Assembly: GCA_041497895.1 (NCBI GenBank)
Contig: JBGQHJ010000122.1
Location: 1 to 14,817, forward strand
Direction: 5' to 3'
Length of the DNA: 14,817 nucleotides
Source: Candidatus Methylomirabilia bacterium
GTDB taxonomy: Bacteria > Methylomirabilota > Methylomirabilia > Rokubacteriales > CSP1-6
The number at the start of each line of letters is the position of its first letter. Position 1 is the first letter of the stretch. Positions 6,940 through 14,817 of the stretch are shown here, piece by piece. A program made the translations under genes and the position numbers. The notes beneath the pieces were generated by a model. It ran no database searches and was not told the origin of the DNA. It worked only from the letters and a program-made list of their open reading frames with translations.

Positions 6940-8310
6940 TCAGGCCCCGACCTCCTCCCGGCCGTCGAGCACCGGCTCCGGGACGACCGCCACCGCCCCG
7001 TCCATCTCGGCGAGGATCTCGCGACGGCGTTCGGCCAGGTGACGGGCGAGATCGCGGTCCAGGACGAGGCGGAGCAGCGCGCGCGTCTCCCGGTAGAGCC
7101 GGCGCAGCCGCTCGCTCCACGAGAGCGCGAAGAAGCCGCCCGGCACGAGCAGGACGAGGAAGAGCGCGAGCAACCCACCTCCACCCACGCGCCAGAGCAG
7201 CCAGGCCTCCGCGATCCAGCCGAGCGGGTAGAGCACGAGGCCCGCCACCAGCTTGTAGGTGGCCTCCACGTCACCCGGGGGACGGAGCAGCCGGGCCGCC
7301 GCCCAGGTGAGCCAGTACGGCAGCGCGTGGCTGGCGAGCCCCCACAGCGCGAGCGGCAGGCCACCCAGCAGGGCCGCGAGCTGAGCGCCCGCGTACCGCA
7401 GCGCCACGCTCGGGGCGGGCGGCTTCAGCAGCACCGCGGTCCGCAGCCCCGCCTCGTCGAGATCCTTGATGTAGCGCTCCATCTGGCCGCGCAGCCGGGA
7501 TATCCGCCCGGGGTCGTGGCGGCTCAGGTACCGGTAGGCCCGCGTCGCGCGCCGCCGCCAGTCCGCGCGCGCGGTCGCGTCCCACTCGCCGCCCCGCTCC
7601 TGGCGCCAGAGCCGCTCGGCGTGCTCGACGAGGCGCAGGGTCTGCCGGTCGTCCACCAGCGCGATGAGCCCGCGCATCGCCTCGCCGAGCCGCGCGGTGA
7701 GCCGGCGCGCGGCCTCCTCGGGCTCGCTGCGCGCCAGTGCCACGCAGTCGCCCGCCGGCACCGGCTCGCCGATCGAGACCAGCGCCCAGCCGGTCCGGAA
7801 GGTGCCCGGCTCGTGGAACATGAGGCCCACCGGCAGCAGGGTCACCGGGCCAACACCGTCCGCCTCCGCGGCCAGCAGCATCCGCGCCGCGCCGGTGCGA
7901 AGCGGCATCAGCACCGGCTCGGGCTGGCTCACGCCCTCCGGGAAGATCAGGATCGCCTGGTCGCTCCGGAGCGTGGCCGACGAGGCCTCGAAGAGCGCCG
8001 CGTTGCGCGCGGGATCCGTACCGCCCTCCTGCCGGCGGTACGCCGGCAGCGCGCCGAGCAGGCGGAGGAAGGGGCCGATGAGCGGGTTCGAGAAGAGCGG
8101 CGCCTTGGCCACCGAGACCAGGCGACGAGGCAAGAAGGCCAGCAGCAGGGCGCCGTCCACGAGCGCGTTGTGGTGGTTGGCCGCCACGATCAGCGGGCCC
8201 GCGCCCGGGATGCGCTCGGCGCCGATCACGTCCACGCGGCGATAGAACACCGCGAGCAGGAGCCGGGCCAGCGCCCGGACGAGCCGGTAGGGCGCGGGCG
8301 CGTCGCTCAG
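6940..8310 (-). CDS. PlsC/LPLAT-family acyltransferase with C-terminal membrane helices
   Basis: AANHHNALVD (HxxxxD), AKAPLF, IFPEGVS, RTGAARM. The first canonical start is GTG 8250, but the frame is open and coding-like up to a CTG at 8310, so the start is uncertain. Confidence 0.82.
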   Translation of the reverse strand: MSDAPAPYRLVRALARLLLAVFYRRVDVIGAERIPGAGPLIVAANHHNALVDGALLLAFLPRRLVSVAKAPLFSNPLIGPFLRLLGALPAYRRQEGGTDPARNAALFEASSATLRSDQAILIFPEGVSQPEPVLMPLRTGAARMLLAAEADGVGPVTLLPVGLMFHEPGTFRTGWALVSIGEPVPAGDCVALARSEPEEAARRLTARLGEAMRGLIALVDDRQTLRLVEHAERLWRQERGGEWDATARADWRRRATRAYRYLSRHDPGRISRLRGQMERYIKDLDEAGLRTAVLLKPPAPSVALRYAGAQLAALLGGLPLALWGLASHALPYWLTWAAARLLRPPGDVEATYKLVAGLVLYPLGWIAEAWLLWRVGGGGLLALFLVLLVPGGFFALSWSERLRRLYRETRALLRLVLDRDLARHLAERRREILAEMDGAVAVVPEPVLDGREEVGA

Positions 8311-9689
8311 AGCGCCACGCGCTGGCCGTCCTCGGCCACGGCGGCCCGCCAGCCGAGACGGCTCGTGATCGCGTCCCGGAGCGCGCCGGCCGCGTCGGGC
8401 TCGCCGTGCACGACGTAGGTCATCCCGGGCGGGCGCGTGAAGCCGCCGAGCCAGCGCAGGATCTCCTCGCGGTCGGCGTGGGCCGAGTAGGAATCGCTGA
8501 TCATGATCTGGGCGCGCACCGGCACCACCGCGCCGAGCATCTTGATGTCGTGTGCGCCGTCCTTGAGCAGGCGCCCGCGGGTGCCCGCGGCCTGGTAGCC
8601 GACGAAGAGCACGGTGGTGCGCGGATCGGGCAGCAGACGCCGGAGGTGATGCAGGATGCGCCCCCCGGTGGCCATGCCGCTGCCGGCCAGGATGATGCCC
8701 GGGCCCGCGAGGTCGTTCAGCCGCTTGGAGTCCTCCACGGTGCGGGTCAAGGTCAGGCGCCGCGGCGCGAAGGGCCGCTTGCCGTCCGCCTCCACCGCCG
8801 CGAGCTCCCGGTCGTGCTCCTCGGTGTGGGTGGCGTAGATGACCGTCGCCTGGATGCCCATGGGGCTGTCGAGGTAGACCGGCAGGCTCGGGATGGCCCC
8901 GCTCTGCTCGAGGACCCGCAGGTCGTACAGGATCTCCTGCGAGCGGCCCACCGCGAAGGCGGGGATGAGCAGCCAGCCCTTCTGCTCGACGGCTCGGTGG
9001 ACCGCCGCGGCGAGGCGCTGGGAGGAGTCGTCGGCGGGGTGAACGCGGTTACCGTAGGTGGACTCCACCAGCAGCACGTCGGCCTCGGCCACCGGATCCG
9101 GGTCCACCATGATCGGGACGCCGTAGCGGCCCAGGTCCCCGGAGAACACGAGGCGGCGGCCGCCGATCAGGCAGGTGATGAGCCCGGCTCCCAGGATGTG
9201 CCCGGACGGCGTGAAGCGGGCCTCGACGCCCGGGGCCGGCGTGAAGCGCTCGCCGAAGCCGACCCGCCGGACCTGGGCGAGCGCGAGGTCGGCGTCCGCC
9301 ACCGTGTAGAGCGGCAGCGCCGGGTCGTGCTTGCTCGTCCGGTGGCGATTCGCGAACGCGGCCTCTTCCTCCTGGAGATGCGCCGCGTCCGGGAGCATGA
9401 CCTTGAGGAGATCGGCGGTGCCCCCGGTGCAGTAGACGGGCCCGGTGAAGCCGTCGCGGCAGAGCCGCGGCAGGTAGCCGGAGTGGTCGATGTGCGCGTG
9501 GCTCAGCACGACCGCGCCGAGCGTCTTCGGGTCCACCGGCGGCGCGGCCCAGTTGCGCAGGCGCAGGTCCCTGAGCCCCTGGAAGAGCCCGCAGTCGAGC
9601 AGGAGCCGACTCGCGCCGTCCTCGAGCAGATGCTTGGAGCCGGTGACGGTGCCCCCGGCGGCTCCGAGGAAGGTCAGGGTCGCGGTCAC
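8307..9689 (-). CDS. MBL-fold beta-CASP ribonuclease (YSH1/TTHA0252-like)
   Basis: LTFLGAAGGTVTGS, LDCGLFQG, SHAHIDHSG, GHILG, FSGDLG, ESTYG, PAFAVGRSQE, SGMATGGRI, YSAHAD, VHGEP; GTG 9689 overlaps the thiI stop. Confidence 0.92.
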   Translation of the reverse strand: MTATLTFLGAAGGTVTGSKHLLEDGASRLLLDCGLFQGLRDLRLRNWAAPPVDPKTLGAVVLSHAHIDHSGYLPRLCRDGFTGPVYCTGGTADLLKVMLPDAAHLQEEEAAFANRHRTSKHDPALPLYTVADADLALAQVRRVGFGERFTPAPGVEARFTPSGHILGAGLITCLIGGRRLVFSGDLGRYGVPIMVDPDPVAEADVLLVESTYGNRVHPADDSSQRLAAAVHRAVEQKGWLLIPAFAVGRSQEILYDLRVLEQSGAIPSLPVYLDSPMGIQATVIYATHTEEHDRELAAVEADGKRPFAPRRLTLTRTVEDSKRLNDLAGPGIILAGSGMATGGRILHHLRRLLPDPRTTVLFVGYQAAGTRGRLLKDGAHDIKMLGAVVPVRAQIMISDSYSAHADREEILRWLGGFTRPPGMTYVVHGEPDAAGALRDAITSRLGWRAAVAEDGQRVAL

Positions 9690-10939
9690 TCGGAGATCGA
9701 CTCCCGCACCGACCGGGGCCGCGCCCCGCGCACCGGGTACGGGCCCGCGCCGGGGGGGAACTCGAAGGTCTCCTGCTCCGCGGTCTCCACGCCCTGGGTG
9801 ACCAGGCGCTCGATGTCGAGCCGCGCCTCCAGCGCCGCCACCGTCGCGGCCTCCACCCGGGTGTCCGGGTGGCGCGGGGTGAAGAGCGTGCAGCAGTCCG
9901 CGTCGGGCTCGATGGAGATCTCGTACGTCCCGAGCGCGTGGGCCTGCCCGGTGATCTCGAGCTTGTCCATGCCGATCAGCGGCCGCAGGATCGGCATGCC
10001 GGCCACCTCGTCGATGCGGGTGAGGTTGGCGAGCGTCTGGGAGGCCACCTGCCCGAGGCTCTCGCCGGTGACCAGCGCGGGCGCCCCCGCGTGCCGGGCC
10101 AGGCGCTCGGCGATGCGTACCATCAGCCGGCGGTAGACGACCACGCGGGCGGCCGGCGGCACCGCCAGCACGACCTCGCGCTGGATCTCCCCGAAGGGGA
10201 CCAGGAAGAGCCGCGAGTGGTACTGCCACTGGGTGAGCCGCGCCACCAGCTCGCGCGCCTTGCCGCGGGAGAGATCCGGCAGGTAGGGCGCGCTGTGGAA
10301 GTGCACGAACACCACGCGACAGCCGCGCTTCATGAGGCGCCACGCCGCCACCGGGGAGTCGATGCCGCCCGAGAGCAGCGCGGCCACCGTGCCGCTCGCG
10401 CCAACCGGCAGGCCGCCCGCGCCCGCATCCCGGTCCGCGTAGACGAAGGCCTCCCCCGGCAGGACCTCGACCCGCACGTCGAGCTCGGCGTGCTCGAGGC
10501 TCACCCGGACGTCGGGGCGCAGCGCGAGCACGTGCGCGCCCAGGTCGCGGTTGAGCTCGACCGAGGTGAGCGGGAAGGTCTTGAAGGCCCGGCGGGCCGA
10601 GATCCGGAAGGTCCGGAACGCGCGGCCCTCGATCGCCTGCCCCACCGCCGCGCGCAGGGCCTCGCGCGAGACTCCGGCGCGCAGGGCCAGCGAGAAGTTG
10701 GCCACGCCGCACACGCGGGCGAGGCGCTCGCGCAGGCGCGCCGGATCCGGATGGCGCGAGAGGTCCAGCATGATCCGCCCGGTCAGCTGCACCAGCCGCA
10801 CCGGCCCGAGGTCGCCGATCGCCCGCAGCACGTTGTCTTGCAAGTGCCGCAGGAAGAGCGGGCGGTTGCCCCGCTTGAGGCTGATCTCGTGGTAGTGGAG
10901 GATCGCGGCGGGGACGGTCTGATGCCCGGCCGGCGACAT
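9686..10939 (-). CDS. thiI: tRNA 4-thiouridine(8) synthase ThiI (THUMP + PP-loop, no rhodanese domain)
   Basis: YHEISLKRGNR, GGLPVG, LLSGGIDSPVA, TGESLGQVASQT, RPLIGMDK, DCC; ATG 10939. Confidence 0.95.
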   Translation of the reverse strand: MSPAGHQTVPAAILHYHEISLKRGNRPLFLRHLQDNVLRAIGDLGPVRLVQLTGRIMLDLSRHPDPARLRERLARVCGVANFSLALRAGVSREALRAAVGQAIEGRAFRTFRISARRAFKTFPLTSVELNRDLGAHVLALRPDVRVSLEHAELDVRVEVLPGEAFVYADRDAGAGGLPVGASGTVAALLSGGIDSPVAAWRLMKRGCRVVFVHFHSAPYLPDLSRGKARELVARLTQWQYHSRLFLVPFGEIQREVVLAVPPAARVVVYRRLMVRIAERLARHAGAPALVTGESLGQVASQTLANLTRIDEVAGMPILRPLIGMDKLEITGQAHALGTYEISIEPDADCCTLFTPRHPDTRVEAATVAALEARLDIERLVTQGVETAEQETFEFPPGAGPYPVRGARPRSVRESISE

Positions 10940-11067
10940 CACTCGGCCTCGCCCGGACGGCGATGCTTGGGCCGGCGCCGGTACACCGTCTTCGGCACCT
11001 CGACCTTGGGCGGCTTGGCCGGCATCGGCTTGCGGACCCTGGCGTGGATCGGCTTCGCGCGCTTCAC
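10939..11067 (-). CDS. Unannotated 42-aa basic small protein, ArfA-like motif
   Basis: MKRAKPIHARVRKPMPAKPPKVEVPKTVYRRRPKHRRPGEAE; 40 of 42 codons end in G/C; stop overlaps the thiI start (TGATG); TATACT 6 nt upstream of the GTG. Confidence 0.7.
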   Translation of the reverse strand: MKRAKPIHARVRKPMPAKPPKVEVPKTVYRRRPKHRRPGEAE

Positions 11068-11073
11068 CCCGCG

Positions 11074-11079
11074 AGTATA
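11074..11079 (-). promoter_or_regulatory. -10 element, leaderless start for the sORF-thiI operon
   Basis: Minus strand TATACT-CGCGGG-GTG. Confidence 0.55.
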
Positions 11080-11094
11080 GCTCGCCGCTCCCGG

Positions 11095-11919
11095 TCAATA
11101 CGGGGCGCCCGGGAACGTGTCGATGCCGGCCGGCCGTCCCGCCGCCTTGTACATCTTGACCGAGCCCACGCCGGCCCCGCCCCACAGCCCCTCGATGACC
11201 CCGTCGTGGAGGGCCCAGCTCCGGCCCCGCACGGTGTCGGCGGCCCCGGGCCGGCGGAAGCGGGAGGAGCCGTCGAGCGCCTTGCGCAGCACTCCCCCCT
11301 CCGAAAAGCCGGCGTGGATCTCTTCCATCACGTCGCGGCCCATGAGGTAGCCGCAGCCCCGGCGCTCGTACAGGATCGCGGAGTGGTAGAAGAGCGGCTC
11401 GATCAGGTAGATCTCCTTGCCGATGAGCGTGCAGAAGCCCTCCATCGCGTCGAGCACGCGCGAGAGCAGGCGCAGGCCGCGCCGTACCTGCCCGGGGGCG
11501 AGCCCGTCCTGCATCGCCCGCGTCTCCTCGTCGACGTTGCGCGAGGCGGTGCCGAAGAGCGTGTCGCGCCCGTCCGGATCGCGGTCGATCGCGAAGCGCG
11601 GGCCGGTCGGGTCGGTGATCTGCACGAAGGCGAGCTCCGGCACCGACAGCGGCGACATCTCCACGTCGACCAGCAGCGCGGGATCACGGTCCTCCGGCGA
11701 GGAGCGCACCTCCACGCGGGCCCACGGTTTGTCCGCGGGCGCGGTCACCCGGACGAGCCGCGCCCCGTCCCGATCGCACAGGGTGGCGGGATCGATCGCG
11801 AAGCGGTCGAGCAGCTCCTCCGGCACCAGCCGCGCGTAGAGCGCCTCCGCGACCTCGCGCGGCAGCGCGTTGATCTCCTGGATCGAGCCGAGCCCGAGCC
11901 CCTCCGCGCGCGCGTCCAT
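11095..11919 (-). CDS. Conserved hypothetical protein (274 aa), possibly GNAT-like
   Basis: GGGGGGAG SD then ATG 11919; globular composition; motif-like blocks GLAPGQVRRGLRL, EPLFYHSAILYERRG, RGRSWALHDG. Confidence 0.7.
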   Translation of the reverse strand: MDARAEGLGLGSIQEINALPREVAEALYARLVPEELLDRFAIDPATLCDRDGARLVRVTAPADKPWARVEVRSSPEDRDPALLVDVEMSPLSVPELAFVQITDPTGPRFAIDRDPDGRDTLFGTASRNVDEETRAMQDGLAPGQVRRGLRLLSRVLDAMEGFCTLIGKEIYLIEPLFYHSAILYERRGCGYLMGRDVMEEIHAGFSEGGVLRKALDGSSRFRRPGAADTVRGRSWALHDGVIEGLWGGAGVGSVKMYKAAGRPAGIDTFPGAPY

Positions 11920-11933
11920 GGCTCTCCCCCCGC

Positions 11934-12557
11934 CTAGCGGGGTCCCGCCGGCGCGGGCCCGGGCTCGAGCGTGGGCAGGAGCCCGCGCGCGGCCTCGAGA
12001 TCCTCGGGGGTGTTGACGTTCATGAAGACGATCCCGGGAGCGCGGTGGCGGGCCACCTCGTCCTCCCCGATCGCGAGCACGCGCACGTCCTCGTAGAAGC
12101 CGACGATCTTGAGCCGCCCGGCCCGGAGCCGCGTCTCGATCGGCGCGAGGCACGCCTTGGCGTAGCAGGCGTGGAGCGTCTCCCACTGCGCTCCCACCCG
12201 CGGCACCACCACGTCGGCCTCCGCGGCGCGCCCGGTGACCAGGCGCGCCACCTCCACCATCAGGAACGGCATGTCGCAGGCCACCGTGAAGGCCGCGTCG
12301 CCACTGGCGGCGCGGAGGCCGGAGTAGATGCCGCCGAGCGAGCCCCCGTCCGGGTAGGCGTCGGGCACCATCGGAAGCCCGAGCGAGGCGTAGAGCTCCG
12401 GGGTGTTGGTGACGATCAGCACGTCGTCGGCCACCGCCCGCACCACGTCCGCGACCCGGTCGATGATCCGCCGCCCGCCCAGCTCCATCAGGGCCTTGGG
12501 GCGCCCGCCCATCCGCACGCTCCGGCCGCCGGCCTGGATCACGCCGGTTATGCGCAT
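11934..12557 (-). CDS. mobA: Molybdenum cofactor guanylyltransferase (MobA-like NTP transferase)
   Basis: IQAGGRSVRMG..KAL, GSLGGIYSGL, ACDMPFL, FMNVNTPEDL; ATG 12557 with GAGG SD. Confidence 0.88.
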   Translation of the reverse strand: MRITGVIQAGGRSVRMGGRPKALMELGGRRIIDRVADVVRAVADDVLIVTNTPELYASLGLPMVPDAYPDGGSLGGIYSGLRAASGDAAFTVACDMPFLMVEVARLVTGRAAEADVVVPRVGAQWETLHACYAKACLAPIETRLRAGRLKIVGFYEDVRVLAIGEDEVARHRAPGIVFMNVNTPEDLEAARGLLPTLEPGPAPAGPR

Positions 12558-13189
12558 GCCGCCTCGACGACGACCGGCCCCTGGCGGAGGATCCGCGGCG
12601 GCCACACCGTGCAGTCGACGACGGTAGAGCCCGGGCCACCCGCGGTCGCGCCCCCGTCGAGGATCAGCTCCACCAGTCCCTCGAAGTAGCCGCGCACCGC
12701 GGCGGCGGTGACCGCCGGCGCCGCGTCGCTCGGGTTGGCGCTCGGCGCGGTGATCGGGCGGCCCGCCGAGTGCACGAGCGCGCGCGCGACCGCGTGGCCG
12801 GGCATGCGCACGCCGATGGTGCCGGTGGCGCCGGTGAGGCCGGCCGGGACCCGGGCCGCCGCCTCCAGTACCAGGGTGAGGGGTCCGGGCCAGTGCCGGG
12901 CCATCAGGGCCCGCGCGCCGTCGGAGATCCGCGTGGCCAGTCCCGCCGCCATGTCGATCGAGTCGACCAGGACCAGCAGCGCCTTCTGCTCCGGGCGGCC
13001 CTTCACCTCGAACACGCGCGCGACCGCCTCGGTGTCGAGCGCGTCGGCCCCGAGGCCGTAGAAGCTCTCGGTCGGGAACGCCACCAGCCCGCCCGCCTCG
13101 ATCACCGCGGCGGCGGCCGCGATCGCGCGGACGTCGGGCTGCTCCGGATCGACGATGCTCAGACGGGTGCGGACGGGCCGGACGCTCAC
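12548..13189 (-). CDS. tsaC: L-threonylcarbamoyladenylate synthase TsaC/YrdC (short, single-domain)
   Basis: GGLVAFPTESFYGLGAD, KGRP, WPGPLTLV, GVRMP, TAPSANPS, STVVD, ILRQG; GTG 13189 overlaps the purD stop; no Sua5 C-terminal domain. Confidence 0.93.
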   Translation of the reverse strand: MSVRPVRTRLSIVDPEQPDVRAIAAAAAVIEAGGLVAFPTESFYGLGADALDTEAVARVFEVKGRPEQKALLVLVDSIDMAAGLATRISDGARALMARHWPGPLTLVLEAAARVPAGLTGATGTIGVRMPGHAVARALVHSAGRPITAPSANPSDAAPAVTAAAVRGYFEGLVELILDGGATAGGPGSTVVDCTVWPPRILRQGPVVVEAACA

Positions 13190-14466
13190 CCGAGACGTCT
13201 CAGGGCGTGATGGCCGATGTCGCGCCGGTAGTGGGCGCCGTCGAAGCGGATGCGCTCGACCGCGGCGTAGGCGGTCCGGATCGCGCTCGCCACGTCGGCC
13301 CCCGACGCCTGCACGCCCAGCACGCGCCCGCCCGCGGTGACGAGCGCGCCGCCGGCGAGCGCGGTGCCCGCGTGGAAGACGTTGACGCCCGCGAGCCCGG
13401 CCGCGGCCTCCACCCCGGTGATGGCCCGGCCGGTCTCGTAGTGCCCGGGGTAGCCGCCCGAGGTCATCACCACGCACACCGAGCTCCGCGGGCTCCAGGA
13501 GAGCGCCGGCGGCAGGCCCTTTCCGGTGGCCGCGGCCAGGAGCAGGGCCAGGAGATCGTCCTCGAGGCGGGGGAGGATCGCCTGGCACTCGGGATCGCCG
13601 AAGCGGCAGTTGAACTCGATGACCTTCGGCCCCTCGCGCGTGATCATCAGGCCGACGAAGAGCACGCCACGGTAGGGCACGCCCTCCGCGGCCATCGCCG
13701 CGATCGTCGGCCGCACGATCTCGGCCATCACGCGCTCCTGCATGCCGGCGTCGAGCACCGGCGCGGGCGAGTAGGCGCCCATGCCGCCGGTGTTGGGGCC
13801 GCGGTCGTCGTCCCACACCGTCTTGTGGTCCTGGGCCGCGGTGAGCGGCAGCACGCTCGTGCCGTCGGCGAGCGCGAAGAACGACGCCTCCTCGCCCTCG
13901 AGGAACTCCTCGATCACCACGGTTTGGCCCGCGTCGCCGAAGGCCCGCGCCTCGAGGCACTGCGCCACCGCCGCGTCCGCCTCCTCGAGAGTGCGGCACA
14001 CCACCACGCCCTTGCCCGCGGCGAGGCCGTCGGCCTTCACCACCAGGGGCGCCCCCAGCTCCCGGCAGTAGGCCCGCGCCGCGGCCGCGTCGCGGAAGGT
14101 GCCGAAGCGCGCGGTCGGGATGCGGTGGCGGGCCATCAGGTCCTTGGCGAAGACCTTCGAGCTCTCGAGACGTGCGGCGGCCGCGCTACCCCCGAAGACC
14201 GCGAGGCCGACCGCGCGTAGCCGGTCGGCGAGGCCGAGCGCGAGCGGGGTCTCGGGGCCCACCACGACCAGGTCGGGCCGCTCCTGCTGGCCGAGGGCCA
14301 CCAGCTCGTCGATCGCGGTGTCCTTGACCGGCACGCAGCGGGCGTGGGCCGCGATGCCCGGGTTGCCCGGCGCGGCGATCATGCCGCCGAGGCCCGGGCT
14401 CTGGGCGAGCTTCCAGGCCAGCGCGTGCTCGCGCCCGCCGCCGCCGACCAGGAGCACGTCGGTCAT
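13186..14466 (-). CDS. purD: Phosphoribosylamine--glycine ligase
   Basis: LVGGGGREHALAWKL, APGNPG, VVGPE, VVKADGLAAGKGV, QDHK..GPNTGGMGAYSP, EFNCRFGDPE, GGRVL, YRRDIG; ATG 14466. Confidence 0.98.
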   Translation of the reverse strand: MTDVLLVGGGGREHALAWKLAQSPGLGGMIAAPGNPGIAAHARCVPVKDTAIDELVALGQQERPDLVVVGPETPLALGLADRLRAVGLAVFGGSAAAARLESSKVFAKDLMARHRIPTARFGTFRDAAAARAYCRELGAPLVVKADGLAAGKGVVVCRTLEEADAAVAQCLEARAFGDAGQTVVIEEFLEGEEASFFALADGTSVLPLTAAQDHKTVWDDDRGPNTGGMGAYSPAPVLDAGMQERVMAEIVRPTIAAMAAEGVPYRGVLFVGLMITREGPKVIEFNCRFGDPECQAILPRLEDDLLALLLAAATGKGLPPALSWSPRSSVCVVMTSGGYPGHYETGRAITGVEAAAGLAGVNVFHAGTALAGGALVTAGGRVLGVQASGADVASAIRTAYAAVERIRFDGAHYRRDIGHHALRRLG

Positions 14467-14817
14467 TCGTCGGGCTCCGGCGCGTCGCCGTCCGCGCCCC
14501 CGGCCTCGCCGTCCTCGAGGTGCGCCCGCGCGATCTTCGCCCACGGGCTGCCCAGGTCGAGCTCGAGGTAGCGCCGCCAGTGCACCGCCGCGCTCTCGCT
14601 CCGCCCCATCTTGGCCAGCACGCCGGCCAGGTTGAAGTGGGCGTCGGCGTAGTCGGCGTCGAGCTCGAGCGCGCGGCGGTACCACGTCACCGCCACCGGG
14701 AAGTCGCCCAGGTCCTCGTGCAGCGAGCCCAGGTTGAACGCGGCCTGGCAGCAGGTGTCGTCGGCCTCGAGCGCGGCCCGGTAGCACTCCCCCGCCCGCT
14801 CGTACTGCCCCATCCGG
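14463..14817 (-). CDS. TPR-repeat protein, C-terminal fragment
   Basis: Repeats AxxxYRxALE.D...AxFNLG/A (e.g. YRRALELDADYADAHFNLAGVL); 5' end lies outside the window; stop overlaps the purD ATG. Confidence 0.85.
   Translation of the reverse strand, partial: RMGQYERAGECYRAALEADDTCCQAAFNLGSLHEDLGDFPVAVTWYRRALELDADYADAHFNLAGVLAKMGRSESAAVHWRRYLELDLGSPWAKIARAHLEDGEAGGADGDAPEPDE

Noticed and set aside
9686..10939. ThiI lacking the rhodanese domain as a truncation or pseudogene
   Set aside because: Short ThiI with a DCC motif is a common, known form.
11093..11098. TTGACC as the -35 for the TATACT promoter
   Set aside because: The spacer is only 13 bp, and the hexamer overlaps the upstream stop codon.
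163..14635. Many long alternative-frame or antisense ORFs (e.g. 513-1622+, 2731-4590-, 3633-4784+, 6781-8418+, 8406-10136+, 9869-11080+)
   Set aside because: They are shadow ORFs of GC-rich coding DNA: Arg/Gly/Pro/Ala-rich or antisense mirrors, without motifs, and [11 protein letters not shown] well-supported genes.
549..14787. Long N-terminal extensions on meaB, tsaB, nrdR, glyA, the RNase, thiI, tsaC and purD in the ORF track, suggesting fusions
   Set aside because: Artefacts of choosing the most upstream start. Family N-termini and stop/start overlaps define the shorter genes.
1..14817. Frequent CTCGAG/GTCGAC/GATC words as a repeat family or CRISPR array
   Set aside because: Explained by codon pairs (Leu-Glu, Val-Asp). 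There is no regular spacing or long direct repeat.

Overview
Very GC-rich bacterial chromosomal segment made mostly of housekeeping genes; the style suggests Ca. Rokubacteria/Methylomirabilota, but that is inference only. A minus-strand block reads right to left: partial TPR protein, purD, tsaC/sua5, mobA, a 274-aa conserved hypothetical protein, an unannotated 42-aa basic ORF, thiI, a beta-CASP MBL ribonuclease, a PlsC-like acyltransferase, then rpiB-glyA-nrdR. A plus-strand island carries a divergent PyrE-like phosphoribosyltransferase, a tiny Lys-rich ORF and an EamA/DMT transporter. A second minus-strand block holds tsaB-rimI-meaB and the 5' part of a FadF-like membrane Fe-S oxidoreductase. 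No mobile element, CRISPR array or rRNA/tRNA gene was seen. The main signals missing from the ORF track are: (1) a complete mini transcription unit at ~3505-3735 (putative tandem NrdR boxes, near-consensus sigma70 promoter, perfect 14-bp palindrome, strong SD, MAKKKAAKKKKKK, two hairpins); (2) a leaderless 42-aa ArfA-like basic ORF coupled to thiI; (3) several leaderless promoters; (4) a likely CTG-initiated gene.
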